Source: Eledone cirrhosa
Lineage: Eukaryota
NCBI GenBank assembly: GCA_964016885.1
Contig: OZ024740.1
Location: 56,978,001 to 57,042,000, forward strand
Direction: 5' to 3'
Length of the DNA: 64,000 nt
How positions within the stretch are numbered: the stretch's first letter is position 1; each line of letters opens with the position of its first letter. The notes under the pieces were generated by a model that worked only from the letters and a program-made list of their open reading frames with translations, was not told the DNA's origin and did no database searches. A program made the translations under genes and the position numbers. Positions 1-13,012 of this stretch are shown in pieces.

Positions 1-1382
1 GAAGGTGATTATGGTTTTACGGGCCGCAAGGATGACATCAACCTGGGCTCTAGTCAGGTCGCTATTGGTCATGGCCATGATAAGTGCCTTATTTAATAGG
101 ATAGGGGAAATAGAGGTGTAGTATGAATTGATATCAAATTGAATAAATTTTTTGTTTTTATTATTCTTGATATCCTTAAACCATTCAATTACTTCACCCG
201 TATTTCCCCATTGTTTAAGGTGTATCTTGTGTTTAATTTGTGGGATGATTTTATCCAAAATCTTCTTGCTGATAATACCAATGTCGGACTTGGAAGGGCA
301 GATAAGTCTTATCGTGGGGTTGCTGATGAAGTTCTCCTTATGGTCCTTCAGAGAGAATCTAGGGGGGTTCGGAGTGAAAGGTTGTGTATGCCTCTGTAGT
401 CCTAGTTTAGACACTATATTATAACCCTCTACATTAATATCTTCTAAGTTTTTCAAGGTGGTTTTTTTGTAGCTTTTATGTAGTTCATTATATATAAACT
501 TTCTATAAGTAATATAATCTAGGCTGTATATGTTATTAGTTTTATCTGCGTGTACAATAATTTTATTACTAGTTTTGAATCCACTAATAGAAGTGTTAAG
601 TTTGTTTAAGAAGGTGTTGCTTCTAATATGGTGCTTATTGTATTTAATGTTCTTAACTAGTTTAACTAGGTCATTTTCAAAGGAGTTAAGTAGAGTGTTA
701 TGAGGGGGGCTTTTAAAGGTTTTAAAGCCGAAGGAGTCAAAATTGTTAGTATTATTCAAGTTGTTAGATTTGTTTCTATCATAATGGAATGTCCTCCATC
801 TCACTCTATTGATAAATGAATTTACACTGTTGATCAGCAATTTCTCATATGTATTCCTGGATGGTATTGGTATGTTCTTGGTTGACATGGGGAGTTGGTC
901 TTTGATTAGCATATTGGCAATATTATATGTCAGCTCAACGATATGGAGCAGTTAATAGTATTAGTTATACTATTTATGGTTATGTAAATACAAAGCCTTA
1001 AGCAGTTGTAAGTATTTTACACACACCCTAAATAGTGGTAGGCAGTAACGTATTACTACCTTATTACCAGTAAGTTAAGTAGCTCAATGTAAAAACATCA
1101 GATGATTTACAGAGCAGTTATATGAAATATAAGAATCAAAGAACTGTTCAAAACATTATTGTGCTTACAGCTGTTTCCTCCAAACCGAGGTTTGGATTCT
1201 TCGGAGCAATTTATTAATGCATGGACAGTTATATGACCTCCTTTTCAGCCGAGAGACATACCAAATACATATTCAAACATTGATACATATTCAAACATTG
1301 TGGGTCAACATTCATTACAGAATTTAGAGTGGCAGTACACACTTCGAGATTACATTTATATTAATAGGTACAATCAAAAATC
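1..1382 (-). mobile_element. Inverted copy of the PLE-A 5' half (pLTR part + ORF starting at 912), running off the window start
   Basis: 1-1382 is the reverse complement of 1843-3224; mirrored ORFs 152..424 and 2801..3073 translate identically. Confidence 0.93.
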
Positions 1383-2015
1383 CCTTAGCCACACACACAC
1401 TTCCGGGATTCAATGGCGTTTCTCGAAACGTAACATCCCCCTGTATCGAACTAAAGAACACCAGACTACGATCTCTTACTGGATTGTCGTGGATTATGTG
1501 AAAGGCATATAATCGAAATATACACTCCCTTGACCATGAAAACGCCGAAGTACATGAATTACTTGACATCCCTGCGCTGTGCATCTCCAATACTTATAAC
1601 ACTTTTAATGCTTGCACTATCTTTAATGCTTATAATATTTCTCCACACACAGACTATATCAATCATATAAAGACTTTGCCACCAGACCTACCAACCTAAC
1701 ACTCTTATTTACCTACCTAAGTGCCTCTACCACACATATCTCTCTGCCACACTATATAAACAAGACGCACATGCGTGCCACACATATAACATTTGCACTA
1801 TATAACCACTTATCTTCATGCTGTACTTTAACCTATATCTTTGATTTTTGATTGTACCTATTAATATAAATGTAATCTCGAAGTGTGTACTGCCACTCTA
1901 AATTCTGTAATGAATGTTGACCCACAATGTTTGAATATGTATCAATGTTTGAATATGTATTTGGTATGTCTCTCGGCTGAAAAGGAGGTCATATAACTGT
2001 CCATGCATTAATAAA

Positions 2016-2063
2016 TTGCTCCGAAGAATCCAAACCTCGGTTTGGAGGAAACAGCTGTAAGCA
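2016..2063 (+). ncRNA. Type I hammerhead motif, family A (CCGAAGA core); copies 1162-1209(-), 6189-6236(+), 60052-60099(+)
   Basis: TGCT-CCGAAGA-A-TCCAAAC(CTCG)GTTTGGA-G-GAAA-CAGCTG-TA-AGCA: stem I TGCT/AGCA, 7-bp stem II, palindromic stem III, GUA site. Confidence 0.78.
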
Positions 2064-2312
2064 CAATAATGTTTTGAACAGTTCTTTGATTCTTATATTT
2101 CATATAACTGCTCTGTAAATCATCTGATGTTTTTACATTGAGCTACTTAACTTACTGGTAATAAGGTAGTAATACGTTACTGCCTACCACTATTTAGGGT
2201 GTGTGTAAAATACTTACAACTGCTTAAGGCTTTGTATTTACATAACCATAAATAGTATAACTAATACTATTAACTGCTCCATATCGTTGAGCTGACATAT
2301 AATATTGCCAAT

Positions 2313-4773
2313 ATGCTAATCAAAGACCAACTCCCCATGTCAACCAAGAACATACCAATACCATCCAGGAATACATATGAGAAATTGCTGATCAACAGTG
2401 TAAATTCATTTATCAATAGAGTGAGATGGAGGACATTCCATTATGATAGAAACAAATCTAACAACTTGAATAATACTAACAATTTTGACTCCTTCGGCTT
2501 TAAAACCTTTAAAAGCCCCCCTCATAACACTCTACTTAACTCCTTTGAAAATGACCTAGTTAAACTAGTTAAGAACATTAAATACAATAAGCACCATATT
2601 AGAAGCAACACCTTCTTAAACAAACTTAACACTTCTATTAGTGGATTCAAAACTAGTAATAAAATTATTGTACACGCAGATAAAACTAATAACATATACA
2701 GCCTAGATTATATTACTTATAGAAAGTTTATATATAATGAACTACATAAAAGCTACAAAAAAACCACCTTGAAAAACTTAGAAGATATTAATGTAGAGGG
2801 TTATAATATAGTGTCTAAACTAGGACTACAGAGGCATACACAACCTTTCACTCCGAACCCCCCTAGATTCTCTCTGAAGGACCATAAGGAGAACTTCATC
2901 AGCAACCCCACGATAAGACTTATCTGCCCTTCCAAGTCCGACATTGGTATTATCAGCAAGAAGATTTTGGATAAAATCATCCCACAAATTAAACACAAGA
3001 TACACCTTAAACAATGGGGAAATACGGGTGAAGTAATTGAATGGTTTAAGGATATCAAGAATAATAAAAACAAAAAATTTATTCAATTTGATATCAATTC
3101 ATACTACACCTCTATTTCCCCTATCCTATTAAATAAGGCACTTATCATGGCCATGACCAATAGCGACCTGACTAGAGCCCAGGTTGATGTCATCCTTGCG
3201 GCCCGTAAAACCATAATCACCTTCGAGGACCAACTATGGACACGCAAGGATACGCACAACAACTTCGACATAACCATGGGATCTAGTGACTCGGCGCAGG
3301 TCACTGATTTGGTCGGCCTATACCTCCTCAATGAAATCCATAAAGACCTCCCTTACCTCAACGGTGGTTTGTACCGCGATGATGCACTTCTACTCATAGA
3401 ATATAAAAAAATTTAATATAGAAAGAACTAGAAAACAACTGCATAAGACATTCAAAAACTTTAACCTTAGTATCACCATGGACAAAAACACTAAAAATGT
3501 TAACTTCCTAGACGCCACACTATACCTAGACTCAAAAATATATACACCTTTCCATAAGCCTAATGAGAAACTTATTTACGTAGATACCAAGTCTAATCAC
3601 CCTAGATCAATATTAAACTCTATCTCTAAGGGGGTGTCCAATAGAATCTCTAGTCTGTCCTATGACGCAAACATATTCAGCAAAAACTCACAATATTACA
3701 ATCAAGCATTAGCTAGCTCCGGCCATAATATAGAAATTGAGTTCCTACCTAAGAAAACACATAGCTACAACATAATCTCGCACAACATGTCCATGAGGAA
3801 ATCTAATAATAGGAATAGCAACCACAAGTACACCAAAGCGGAGGGTGCCACAGGAAGTAACCATTACCATGGAAACTACTGTGAGGCCTTAGGAGGAAGC
3901 AACACACCAAACACTAAAAACAAAAATAGAAGAAGAAATAATACATTTTTCAACCCTCCTTTCAACCTAAATGTCTCCACCAACATACCTAGGGCTTTCT
4001 TCTCACTACTAGATAAAAACTTCCCTCTAGGACACAAGTACCACAACCTCTTAAACAAAAACACCATTAAAATCTCATACTCTACGACGCCTAACTTAGC
4101 ATACCACATAGCTAGCAGCAATAATAGTAAAATTAGTTCTTACTTCCAACAAACAAAATCACAACAGGATGCAAACCCTCTAAATACCACTGTAGCAAGC
4201 AACAATAGCAACGGCAGTAACAATAGAAATAACACTAGTATAAGTAATAACACCAGGGTTGCCAACCCGAACACCCAAAATCCTATATCCACCACACAGA
4301 CTTCCGCATTGCATTATAACCAGCGGACTAACGCACAGAATAATTGTAACTGTAGAGCTAATAGAACCTGCCCTTTAGATAAAAAATGCCTAACCAAGGA
4401 TGTCATATACTCATGCACAGTCACGACTAATAACTCTTCAGAAACCTATGTAGGCTCCACTTCTAACTGCTTCAAAATCAGATATAACTCGCACATCCAC
4501 TCGTTCAAAAAGCACAGCCTAGCCAACTCCACCTCACTTTCTAGCTACATACACTATCTAAAATCTAAAAATAAACCATACACACTCAAATGGGAAGTGA
4601 TAGGCAGCGCGACCTCGTACAAACCACCTAATAAATTCTGTAACCTCTGTATTCTAGAGACACACAATATTATCTTCTCCAACCGTAACCTACTTAACAA
4701 AAAATCTGAGGTGTTTGCAACTTGCCAGCACCGCCTCAGACATTCCTTCCAAAACTTTAAGCCCTATATATAG
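2313..4773 (+). pseudogene. PLE RT-GIY-YIG polyprotein split by one frameshift at an A7 run (~3405-3411)
   Basis: RT motifs QFDINSYY, FDITMGSSDSAQVTDLVGLYLL, GLYRDD in 2313-3416; NFLD, PFHKPN, SNHP, CNCR..CPL...C, VIYSC..TYVGST, RYNSH, CNLCILE, LLN in 3478-4773. Confidence 0.93.
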
Positions 4774-6321
4774 CAATGTCGGACTGGAACCTAACACCAC
4801 ATCTAGCATCAAACACCAGAAACACACCCTATACTACATACCCAACACTAGCTGATCCATTATAGCACAAACAACGGCATCCCTCTGGAACCCTTCGCAG
4901 GGAAAATACCCATTTATACCTCTACGGCAGGTGTGACAACATCCACCCACTTGATGGCACTACACCGCTCTAAGGGTAATTTTGAGCATGAATTGATCGG
5001 TTGGATGTTGTTGGGCAGAGGAAACACCTTCCTTAGACAGATGTAAAATGATTTAATCGAGTAGCGCTGTTGACCAGTAGGACCGGGCTGCTGAGCGCAG
5101 TGAGTGAATGCAATGCAACTGCCGTGCGGGTTGTACGTATATGGATGATCTGACGGTCAGAGAGGGGTCGCGAGGACTGCGGATTGACCTTGGCCTGCCT
5201 GGGGACGATTATCTTTCGACATCCAATGTAGCAAGCGATGACCCAGATCTTACCAGAGATCATTGGGTCCTGAAGCAATCCTGCAATCACCGCGCCTGGT
5301 CATATGAGCAGACTACAACCACAGAGATCATTTTAGAATCCTCGCTCATCATCTATAATTTCCATTTGTAGCACCTTAAGATGGGTTAATCCACCTTAAT
5401 AATAATATAAACTACTCTATAGTTAGTACACTTTATGCTTTAAAAGTCTCTCTTGGAAGGTGCACCTCACCATAGAATTTAGGGTCTATATTGGGACACA
5501 TTTTAATGGCTAGATATAGAAACCCCAGAGTTACCTCCCCGCATGCATTAACTCCCCTTAGCCACACACACACTTCCGGTATTCAATGGCGTTTCTCGAA
5601 ACGTAACATCCCCCTGTATCGAACTAAAGAACACCAGACTACGATCTCTTACTGGATTGTCGTGGATTATGTGAAAGGCATATAATCGAAATATACACTC
5701 CCTTGACCATGAAAATGCCGAAGTACATGAATTACTTGACATCCCTGCGCTGTGCATCTCCAATACTTATAACACTTTTAATGCTTGCACTATCTTTAAT
5801 GCTTATAATATTTCTCCACACACAGACTATATCAATCATATAAAGACTTTGCCACCAGACCTACCAACCTAACACTCTTATTTACCTACCTAAGTGCCTC
5901 TACCACACATATCTCTCTGCCACACTATATAAACAAGACGCACATGCGTGCCACACATATAACATTTGCACTATATAACCACTTATCTTCATGCTGTACT
6001 TTAACCTATATCTTTGATTTTTGATTGTACCTATTAATATAAATGTAATCTCGAAGTGTGTACTGCCACTCTAAATTCTGTAATGAATGTTGACCCACAA
6101 TGTTTGAATATGTATCAATGTTTGAATATGTATTTGGTATGTCTCTCGGCTGAAAAGGAGGTCATATAACTGTCCATGCATTAATAAATTGCTCCGAAGA
6201 ATCCAAACCTCGGTTTGGAGGAAACAGCTGTAAGCACAATAATGTTTTGAACAGTTCTTTGATTCTTATATTTCATATATTTCATATATTTCATATATTT
6301 CATATATATATATATATATAT

Positions 6322-7666
6322 ATACATTATGAAGAGAGAAGAAACATTTAGATATAATTAGTAATAAAATGTATCATACCTAAACTGTTCCTAAATTCCT
6401 CGACTACGTAGTTTCGTGGCATAAACAAAAACAATATATCAAAGACATAGAGTCCCTGCGAGGTCTGCCGACTTATCAAGAGGGTATTAATAACTCCCTC
6501 TGGTCGAGCAATCTTTGAAGTGTGGGGACAACTGGAAAGCTTCCATTACTCATACTTCTCGCCTTCTTCACTACCTCTTCTACGGCCTCGATATGAATGC
6601 CCCCTCCGCCTCCGTGGTATTTTTTTCGTGGTTATAAGAGGCTTAGCTCTGTTTCTCGACCGTTATATCGCGTGACTATCTCCCCCTCCGCCTTTTGGGA
6701 TTCTTTCTCACGTCGTGTAGACGCGTTCTTGAGACTAGTAAAATGAGGTATCCTCTTGATAAGTCGGCAGACCTCGCAGGGACTCTATGTCTTTGATATA
6801 TTGTTTTTGTTTATGCCACGAAACTACGTAGTCGAGGAATTTAGGAACAGTTTAGGTATGATACATTTTATTACTAATTATATCTAAATGTTTCTTCTCT
6901 CTTCATAATGTATTTTTAACTCTGATACTGGTTCAGTCTGGTTCAAACTGAATTGGTCTGTCCCAGTCATTCATTGAGCAACATCGGTGAAGTTGGCACC
7001 CTTAACTCACAGTTGGGTGCGGATACATTCATGTATATATGTGTGTGTCCGCACGTATCTGTGTGTTTCTAAATGTATTAATAACTCCCTCTGGTCGACC
7101 AATCTTTGAAGTGTGGGGACAACTGGAAAGCTTCCATTACTCATACTTCTCGCCTTCTTCACTACCTCTTCTACGGCCTCGATATGAATGCCCCCTCCGC
7201 CTCCGTGGTATTTTTTTCGTGGTTATAAGAGGCTTAGCTCTGTTTCTCGACCGTTATATCGCGTGACTATCTCCCCCTCCGCCTTTTGGGATTCTTTCTC
7301 ACGTCGTGTAGACGCGTTCTTGAGACTAGTAAAATGAGGTATCCTCTTGATAAGTCGGCAGACCTCGCAGGGACTCTATGTCTTTGATATATTGTTTTTG
7401 TTTATGCCACGAAACTACGTAGTCGAGGAATTTAGGAACAGTTTAGGTATGATACATTTTATTACTAATTATATCTAAATGTTTCTTCTCTCTTCATAAT
7501 GTATTTTTAACTCTGATACTGGTTCAGTCTGGTTCAAACTGAATTGGTCTGTCCCAGTCATTCATTGAGCAACATCGGTGAAGTTGGCACCCTTAACTCA
7601 CAGTTGGGTGCGGATACATTCATGTATATATGTGTGTGTCCGCACGTATCTGTGTGTTTCTAAATG

Positions 7667-7670
<4 letters not shown>
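6322..7670 (+). mobile_element. Non-coding 591-bp unit as a head-to-tail dimer (6484-7074, 7075-7670) plus an inverted partial copy (6322-6483), between (TA)n tracts
   Basis: Near-identical direct repeat with offset 591; 6322-6483 is the reverse complement of ~6752-6913; one hammerhead per unit; no credible ORF. Confidence 0.85.
6751..6838 (+). ncRNA. Type I hammerhead motif, family B (TTGATAA core, long loop II); copies 7342-7429(+), 6397-6484(-)
   Basis: TCCTC-TTGATAA-GT(C)GGCA...TGCCAC-GAAA-CTACGTAG-TC-GAGGA: 5-bp stem I, palindromic stem III, GUC site. Confidence 0.8.
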
Positions 7671-7714
<44 letters not shown>

Positions 7715-7914
7715 ATACTTGAGGAGGGTCATATTTGTGTAATATTGCCAGAATTAATAACAGAACACACTCACTGTTTGGTTGGTTTTCGCTTCTCGCT
7801 TCTGTGTCTTTTATATCAGTAATCTAACTTACTCGGTCCTCAATGTTGCCATTGACTGACCGACGGTCAAAAATAATACAGATACAATATAGACACAAAC
7901 ACATATATATAGTT

Positions 7915-7960
7915 TATCATAAATCTTTCGTTGCACATCTGCAACATCGTCAGTGGTGTT
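7915..7960 (-). ncRNA. Hammerhead-like motif family C in PLE-C pLTRs (also 12069-12114(-), 33085-33126(+)); stems I and III degenerate
   Basis: CCA-CTGACGA-T-GTTGCA(GATG)TGCAAC-GAAA-GATT-TA-TGAT; copies read GATT or GAAC at stem III, suggesting ancestral GATC (inference). Confidence 0.55.
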
Positions 7961-8196
7961 ATCGTTTCCTCCTGTTGTATTATATGTCTACGCCATTTTT
8001 ATTCAGTCTGTCTATATATTTATTTATTTATTTGCTTGTTTGTTTATTTTATTTTGTCTTCTTTGCGCATGCGTTTGCGTGTGTGTATAGTGTTTTGTTT
8101 GCTGTGTGATGGGTGACTAGTGTGTGTTTATGTGCTTGTTGTTATTGTGTTTGTGTATGTATTTATTTATTTATTTATTTTATTTTATTTACTTAT

Positions 8197-11100
8197 TTAT
8201 ACTTCTCTTAGGTCAGTGTTGTTTGTTTGGGTGTTGTTGTTATTCCATTCATTCTTTCTGTTTAGTCTTGGCCTTCTAATTTCTATTTCACTGGCCTCTC
8301 GGATTTGCCTATCTGCTGGGTCATTTCTATGTTTAGATATTATTCTAATTTCTATGTTGTCTATGTTACCGACATGTTGTTGTCTAGCATGTTCGTATAG
8401 CACTGACCCGTTTTTTCGTCCTTTTAGTTCCCCCCAGTGTTGGTCTGTCCTTTCACCTATGCTACGAGCTGTCTCACCTATGTATGTTGTTGTCATGTTT
8501 CTGCAAGTACCCTCTGTACATCTTATGCTATAGACTACGTTTCTAGTTTTACAGTTTATCCGGGGGTTTACCTTACATATGATACACTTCCTATTGGTAC
8601 AGTGGGTTTTCTTAAAAGGGTAGGTTTTGCTGATCAGGGATTTTATGGTGGTTCCTGGCTTTTCTACCACCTTAATTTTTAAGTGGGTATTTCTCAGGGC
8701 CTTTCTACACTGGTTAGCTAATTTCCCTCCGAGGGTAGCGTCCACAAACATGACACTCTGGTATCTCTGGTTGTCGTACCATGAGGTGGCTTTCCCTATC
8801 TTATGTCTAGCCCTATCTAAGCTATTCCATGATTTGCTCCTCTATAATGGGCAAATTCCTTTCATGTCCAGTTCTATGAGGGTCTTATACTTCTCCATGG
8901 CTCCTTCGTATACTCTAACTCTGTCTCTTTGGTTGTAGCCAGAAAACTGCATGCAGTTGATGAAGTGTTGGATGTGTCTTTCTATTTCTGTTGGGTCGCA
9001 CATGCGGGACACATTCTTCATCACTCGTACCAAATCTGCGATCAGAATATTAAACTTAGCACTACTGGACATTACTGAGTTTTTGAGTATCAGGTATTTG
9101 GAGTCCATGGGTTTAGCATAGTGTGAGTGGAGAATTTGGGCTCTCTCGTCTATAGTGTTAATCCAGAGTTCTGTGTCTAATACAGGTAGTCTATTGTTAG
9201 GGTGTTTGGAAGGGAAGTCGATAGTTACAGTTATACTCTGGTGTATGGAATTAGTTATCTGCTGGATGCTTTCCATCGTGCTACGTTCTAAATCAAACTT
9301 GTTAGTGCTTTCTAGTGGGGATGTCTTATAACTATATTGATATCGTCTACATAACGAGAGTACATGATGAGGTTTATGGAGCTCTCATTAAGGAGATCTT
9401 TAAGTCTCCTTTCCCACCATACCATAAAAAGGTTGGCAACATCACCAGCTATGCTGACGCCAATGGCTGCTCCCTCATTTTGGGTGTAGATCTTCTCGTT
9501 GAAATTGAATATGTGGCCCTTTAGGGTAGTTTTGATACTAGCCCCTATTGCATGTGCGACCATTTTTCTTACCTGATCATTGTTTTGGGGGGGTCTGTAT
9601 AGCTTTGGTCCACCCAATCCACCTTCCCATGGGAGTCTTTTTTGCCATTGAGGTTATGGTGGGGGGTCTACCTCTTATAGGTCTACTGGGGCAGAAACGT
9701 CTAAGGTCATGGCTGTCTAGGTAGTCAGTGTCGTAGGCAAGTCTAAGTAGGAGGCCCAGTTCGTCTGTGTCGACGTCGCAGAACTCCACCTCACTCTCAA
9801 TGATCATCTCCACACATCTTTTCACAGCAAAATCAATGTTAATGAATGGATACAGTGACACCACATCCATGCTGCCTATTATGCAGTTGGATAGGTTCCT
9901 GTTTTTGTTGGACTAACTGATTCCGCTGAGGAGGTCCTCTGTACTGTCACATACATCTGGGGACATCTTCATTATGGGGCGTATAACCATTGAGAGGAAG
10001 TAGGAGATCCTGTAGTTGCTAGCTATATTAGCTCCGCATACGGGTCTTGTTGGTGGTCCTGTTGCCGGGTCGTCGACTGTCTTTTGGTCTTTGCGGAGCC
10101 CATACAAGGGTGGTATGCCATTGTTAGACGCCTGGAAGTTGTTGGCAGTGCGTCTGCTTGGCTTTAGGATGTCAGTCCACATCATCATGAGAGCGTTGAG
10201 GATTTTCTCTCTCCCATCGTGTGTTTGTTGTGTAATTTCGCTCGTGTTGGTGATGTGGGGTTGCATAGCCTTGATATAGTTCGGCATGCTATCTATTGAC
10301 ATCCTACCAGACTTATCCTTGGGTAGACATACTACCTCCCCATCCCTTGTGCGCTGCTTAAGGCTAACCAAGCCTTCTACAGGTTTCCTCCCAAGTTGTT
10401 GGGCCTCTGGTCTGCTCTGTCTCTTAGTATACCGGTCTACTATTTGTCTAATCTTATTTCTAGCTATGGTGAACTGTGCCTCTGTCTCGTCATCTATTTG
10501 TTGTGGTATGCAAACTCTTTTATTAAAGGGTAACCTCGTAGGATAGATATTACCCATCTTATATGTTTCGTCAGCTGGGTTGAAAAATGGTTTCTCTAAG
10601 GGGTTGTCATTATATCTATCGTCATAGTTGTGTGTGTTGCTATTATTGTTATCATGGTGGTTGTTGTTGTTTCTATCATTAGCATTATTATTATTGTTAT
10701 GATTGCTAGATGTATCGTTGCTGTGATTGTTAGATGTATTGCTGCTGTGATTGTTGTTTACTTCACCGTTATTGTTGTTGTTACTGTTATTTCTACCATT
10801 GTGGTTGTTACTTTTATTATGTTTCTTGTTTTTGTTGTGTCTATCATTGATGTTGCCACATGTGCTATTTCCATTATTACCACTGTGGTTATTGTTGTTG
10901 TTGTTCGTATTGTTACCATTATTACTACTGTGGTCGCTGCTGCTGTGTCTGTGGTTAATGTTTCTATTATTATTATTATTATTGTGGTTGTTGTTGTTGT
11001 TCTGTCTATCATTAGTATTATTACCATTATTACTATTTCTCACTTTCCTGCTATTGTTATTGTCATGGCTTATATTTCTATACTCAGAGTTATTGTTTAT

Positions 11101-11886
11101 ATTACTACTACCGTTATTATTGTTGTTGTTGTTGTTGTTGTTGTTTACCGTTGCATTCCAACGTATTTTTGTGAAACACTTTTCCAGCTCCATTTTGCAC
11201 TCCATAGGGTTAATCTTTTTGTAGATGGCAAATTTTGGTGGTAGCTGCAGGATTTGTTGTTCTTGTTCACTGATTAAAGTGTTCCCATAAATATTTACTG
11301 TGTGGTCATTGGTAAATTCTTCCGGTAGTTTTACATCAGTCATACAGATACTGTTGATGTTATTTGGGTATTTTTGAGAATATTCTATTTTCCTTTCTTG
11401 TAGTTTTTTCTTATTCATCCATTCTAATTTCTTATTGAAATGCCTATTGCATTCGTTTCGGGCGTATTTCGTTTCACGTCGGATGACGCTCATGAAGTTA
11501 TGCCTTTCGTTTGCTGTGGTGAGATTTCGGACTTCCTTACCGTTAATGCGTTTCTGTCTGTAAAGTTCGTTGACTTTTGTGTATGTTGTTCTTTTCATAT
11601 TAACTGTTATTGTGTGTTTTAGTCGTTCAGCTTGTGTTTTGTTCAATAATAAATTATTTACTTGTTTTGATATGTTTGTTGTGTATATTTTGGAGGAAAC
11701 ACAGTGTTTTAAGAAGCGGATTTGTTCTGTTGTTATTGTAGTTTTTATATAACAGAAAACAGTGTCTTTCAATAACCTTTCAGCTTGGCACAAGCTAATG
11801 CCATAGCGGCGATGAATTAGTTTTGCGAGGTTTTTTATATGAAATTGTGTGTCGAAACAAATATTGTTATACTTGGGGAGGGTCAT
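8197..11886 (-). pseudogene. PLE RT-GIY-YIG polyprotein with Asn/His-rich insert; two in-frame TAG stops and two frameshifts
   Basis: DKSG, PPLYGLRKD, RPVCGA, MDVVSLYP, YTQNEGAAIG, YSRYVDDI, LPVLD, HYAKPM, C..C...NC, NVVYSIRC, YIGETARSIGER, RQIREA, PRLN across consecutive ORF pieces. Confidence 0.92.
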
Positions 11887-12967
11887 ATTTGTGTAATATT
11901 GCCAGAATTAATAACAGAACACACTCACTGTTTGGTTGGTTTTTGCTTCTCGCTTCTGTGTCTTTTATATCGGTAATCTAACTTACTCGGTCCTCAATGT
12001 TACCATTGACTGACCGACGGTCAAAAATAATACAGATACAATATAGACACAAACACATATATATAGTTTATCATAAATCTTTCGTTGCACATATGCAACA
12101 TCGTCAGTGGTGTTAGCGATTCCTCCTGTTGTATTATATGTCTACGCCATTTTTATTCAGTCTGTCTATATATTTATTTATTTATTTGCTTGTTTGTTTA
12201 TTTTATTTTGTCTTCTTTGCGCATGCGTTTGCGTGTGTGTATAGTGTTTTGTTTGCTGTGTGATGGGTGACTAGTGTGTGTTTATGTGCTTGTTGTTATT
12301 GTGTTTGTGTATGTATTTATTTATTTATTTATTTTATTTTATTTACTTATTTATACTTCTCTTAGGTCAGTGTTGTTTGTTTGGGTGTTGTTGTTATTCC
12401 ATTCATGCTTTCTGTTTAGTCTTGGCCTTCTAATTTCTATTTCACTGGCCTCTCTGATTTGCCTATCTGCTGGGTCATTTCTATGTTTAGATATTATTCT
12501 AATTTCTATGTTGTCTATGTTACCGTCATGTTATTGTCTAGCATGTTCGTATAGTACTGACGCGTTTTTCCGTCCTTTTAGTTCCCCCCAGTGTTGGTCT
12601 ATCCTTTCACCTATGCTACGAGCTGTCTCACCTATGTATGTTGTTGTCATGTTTCTGCAAGTACCCTCTGTACATCTTATGCTATAGACTACGTTTCTAG
12701 TTTTACAGTTTATCCGGGGGTTTACCTTACATATGATACACTTCCTATTGGTACAGTGGGTTTTCTTAAAAGGGTAGGTTTTGCTGATCATGGATTTTAT
12801 GGTGGTTCCAATATACATTCATATATATATTGCTATTTCAGAGCTCCAATTCTAATTTTTAATTTCTGACTGACCGGCAACCGCTCTGTATAATCAGTTC
12901 CTGATTATTTACTAGAATTCTATACTAATATAACATCAGTGATCTCAGTAGACAGGAGGGCGTAGTT

Positions 12968-13012
12968 AGCCTTGATAAGCATCAATAAATGCGAAACAAG
13001 ACCTTGTCGGCT
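12968..13012 (+). ncRNA. Type I hammerhead, family D (TTGATAA core) in a ~320-bp ORF-less unit (12810-13142)
   Basis: AGCC-TTGATAA-GCAT(CAATAA)ATGC-GAAA-CAA(GACC)TTG-TC-GGCT; all three stems pair perfectly. Confidence 0.85.

Larger units (their letters stand above)
1382..6304 (+). mobile_element. Penelope-like element (PLE-A, Naiad-like), near full length with ~725-bp direct pLTRs
   Basis: Direct repeat 1382-2105 ~ 5555-6277 flanks an RT+GIY-YIG reading frame; 3' end abuts (TA)n; a hammerhead motif lies in each pLTR. Confidence 0.92.
7711..12809 (-). mobile_element. Penelope-like element PLE-C, partial tandem with ~945-bp pLTRs (7711-8655 and 11865-12809)
   Basis: Direct repeat with offset 4154; the upstream copy duplicates the GIY-YIG 3' end and UTR; 3' end abuts (TA)n at 7671-7710. 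Confidence 0.92.

Noticed and set aside
3400-3420. Programmed -1 ribosomal frameshift
   Set aside because: The required shift is +1/-2, and the paralogue at 34919-35743 reads through this region in one frame.
2313-4773. Selenocysteine recoding, reported for some Naiad PLEs
   Set aside because: No in-frame TGA; the breaks here and at 34862 are a frameshift and TAA, and I could not identify a SECIS.
10630-11244. Hydrophobic V/I/L-rich plus-strand ORFs resembling membrane proteins
   Set aside because: Antisense of the Asn-rich PLE insert.
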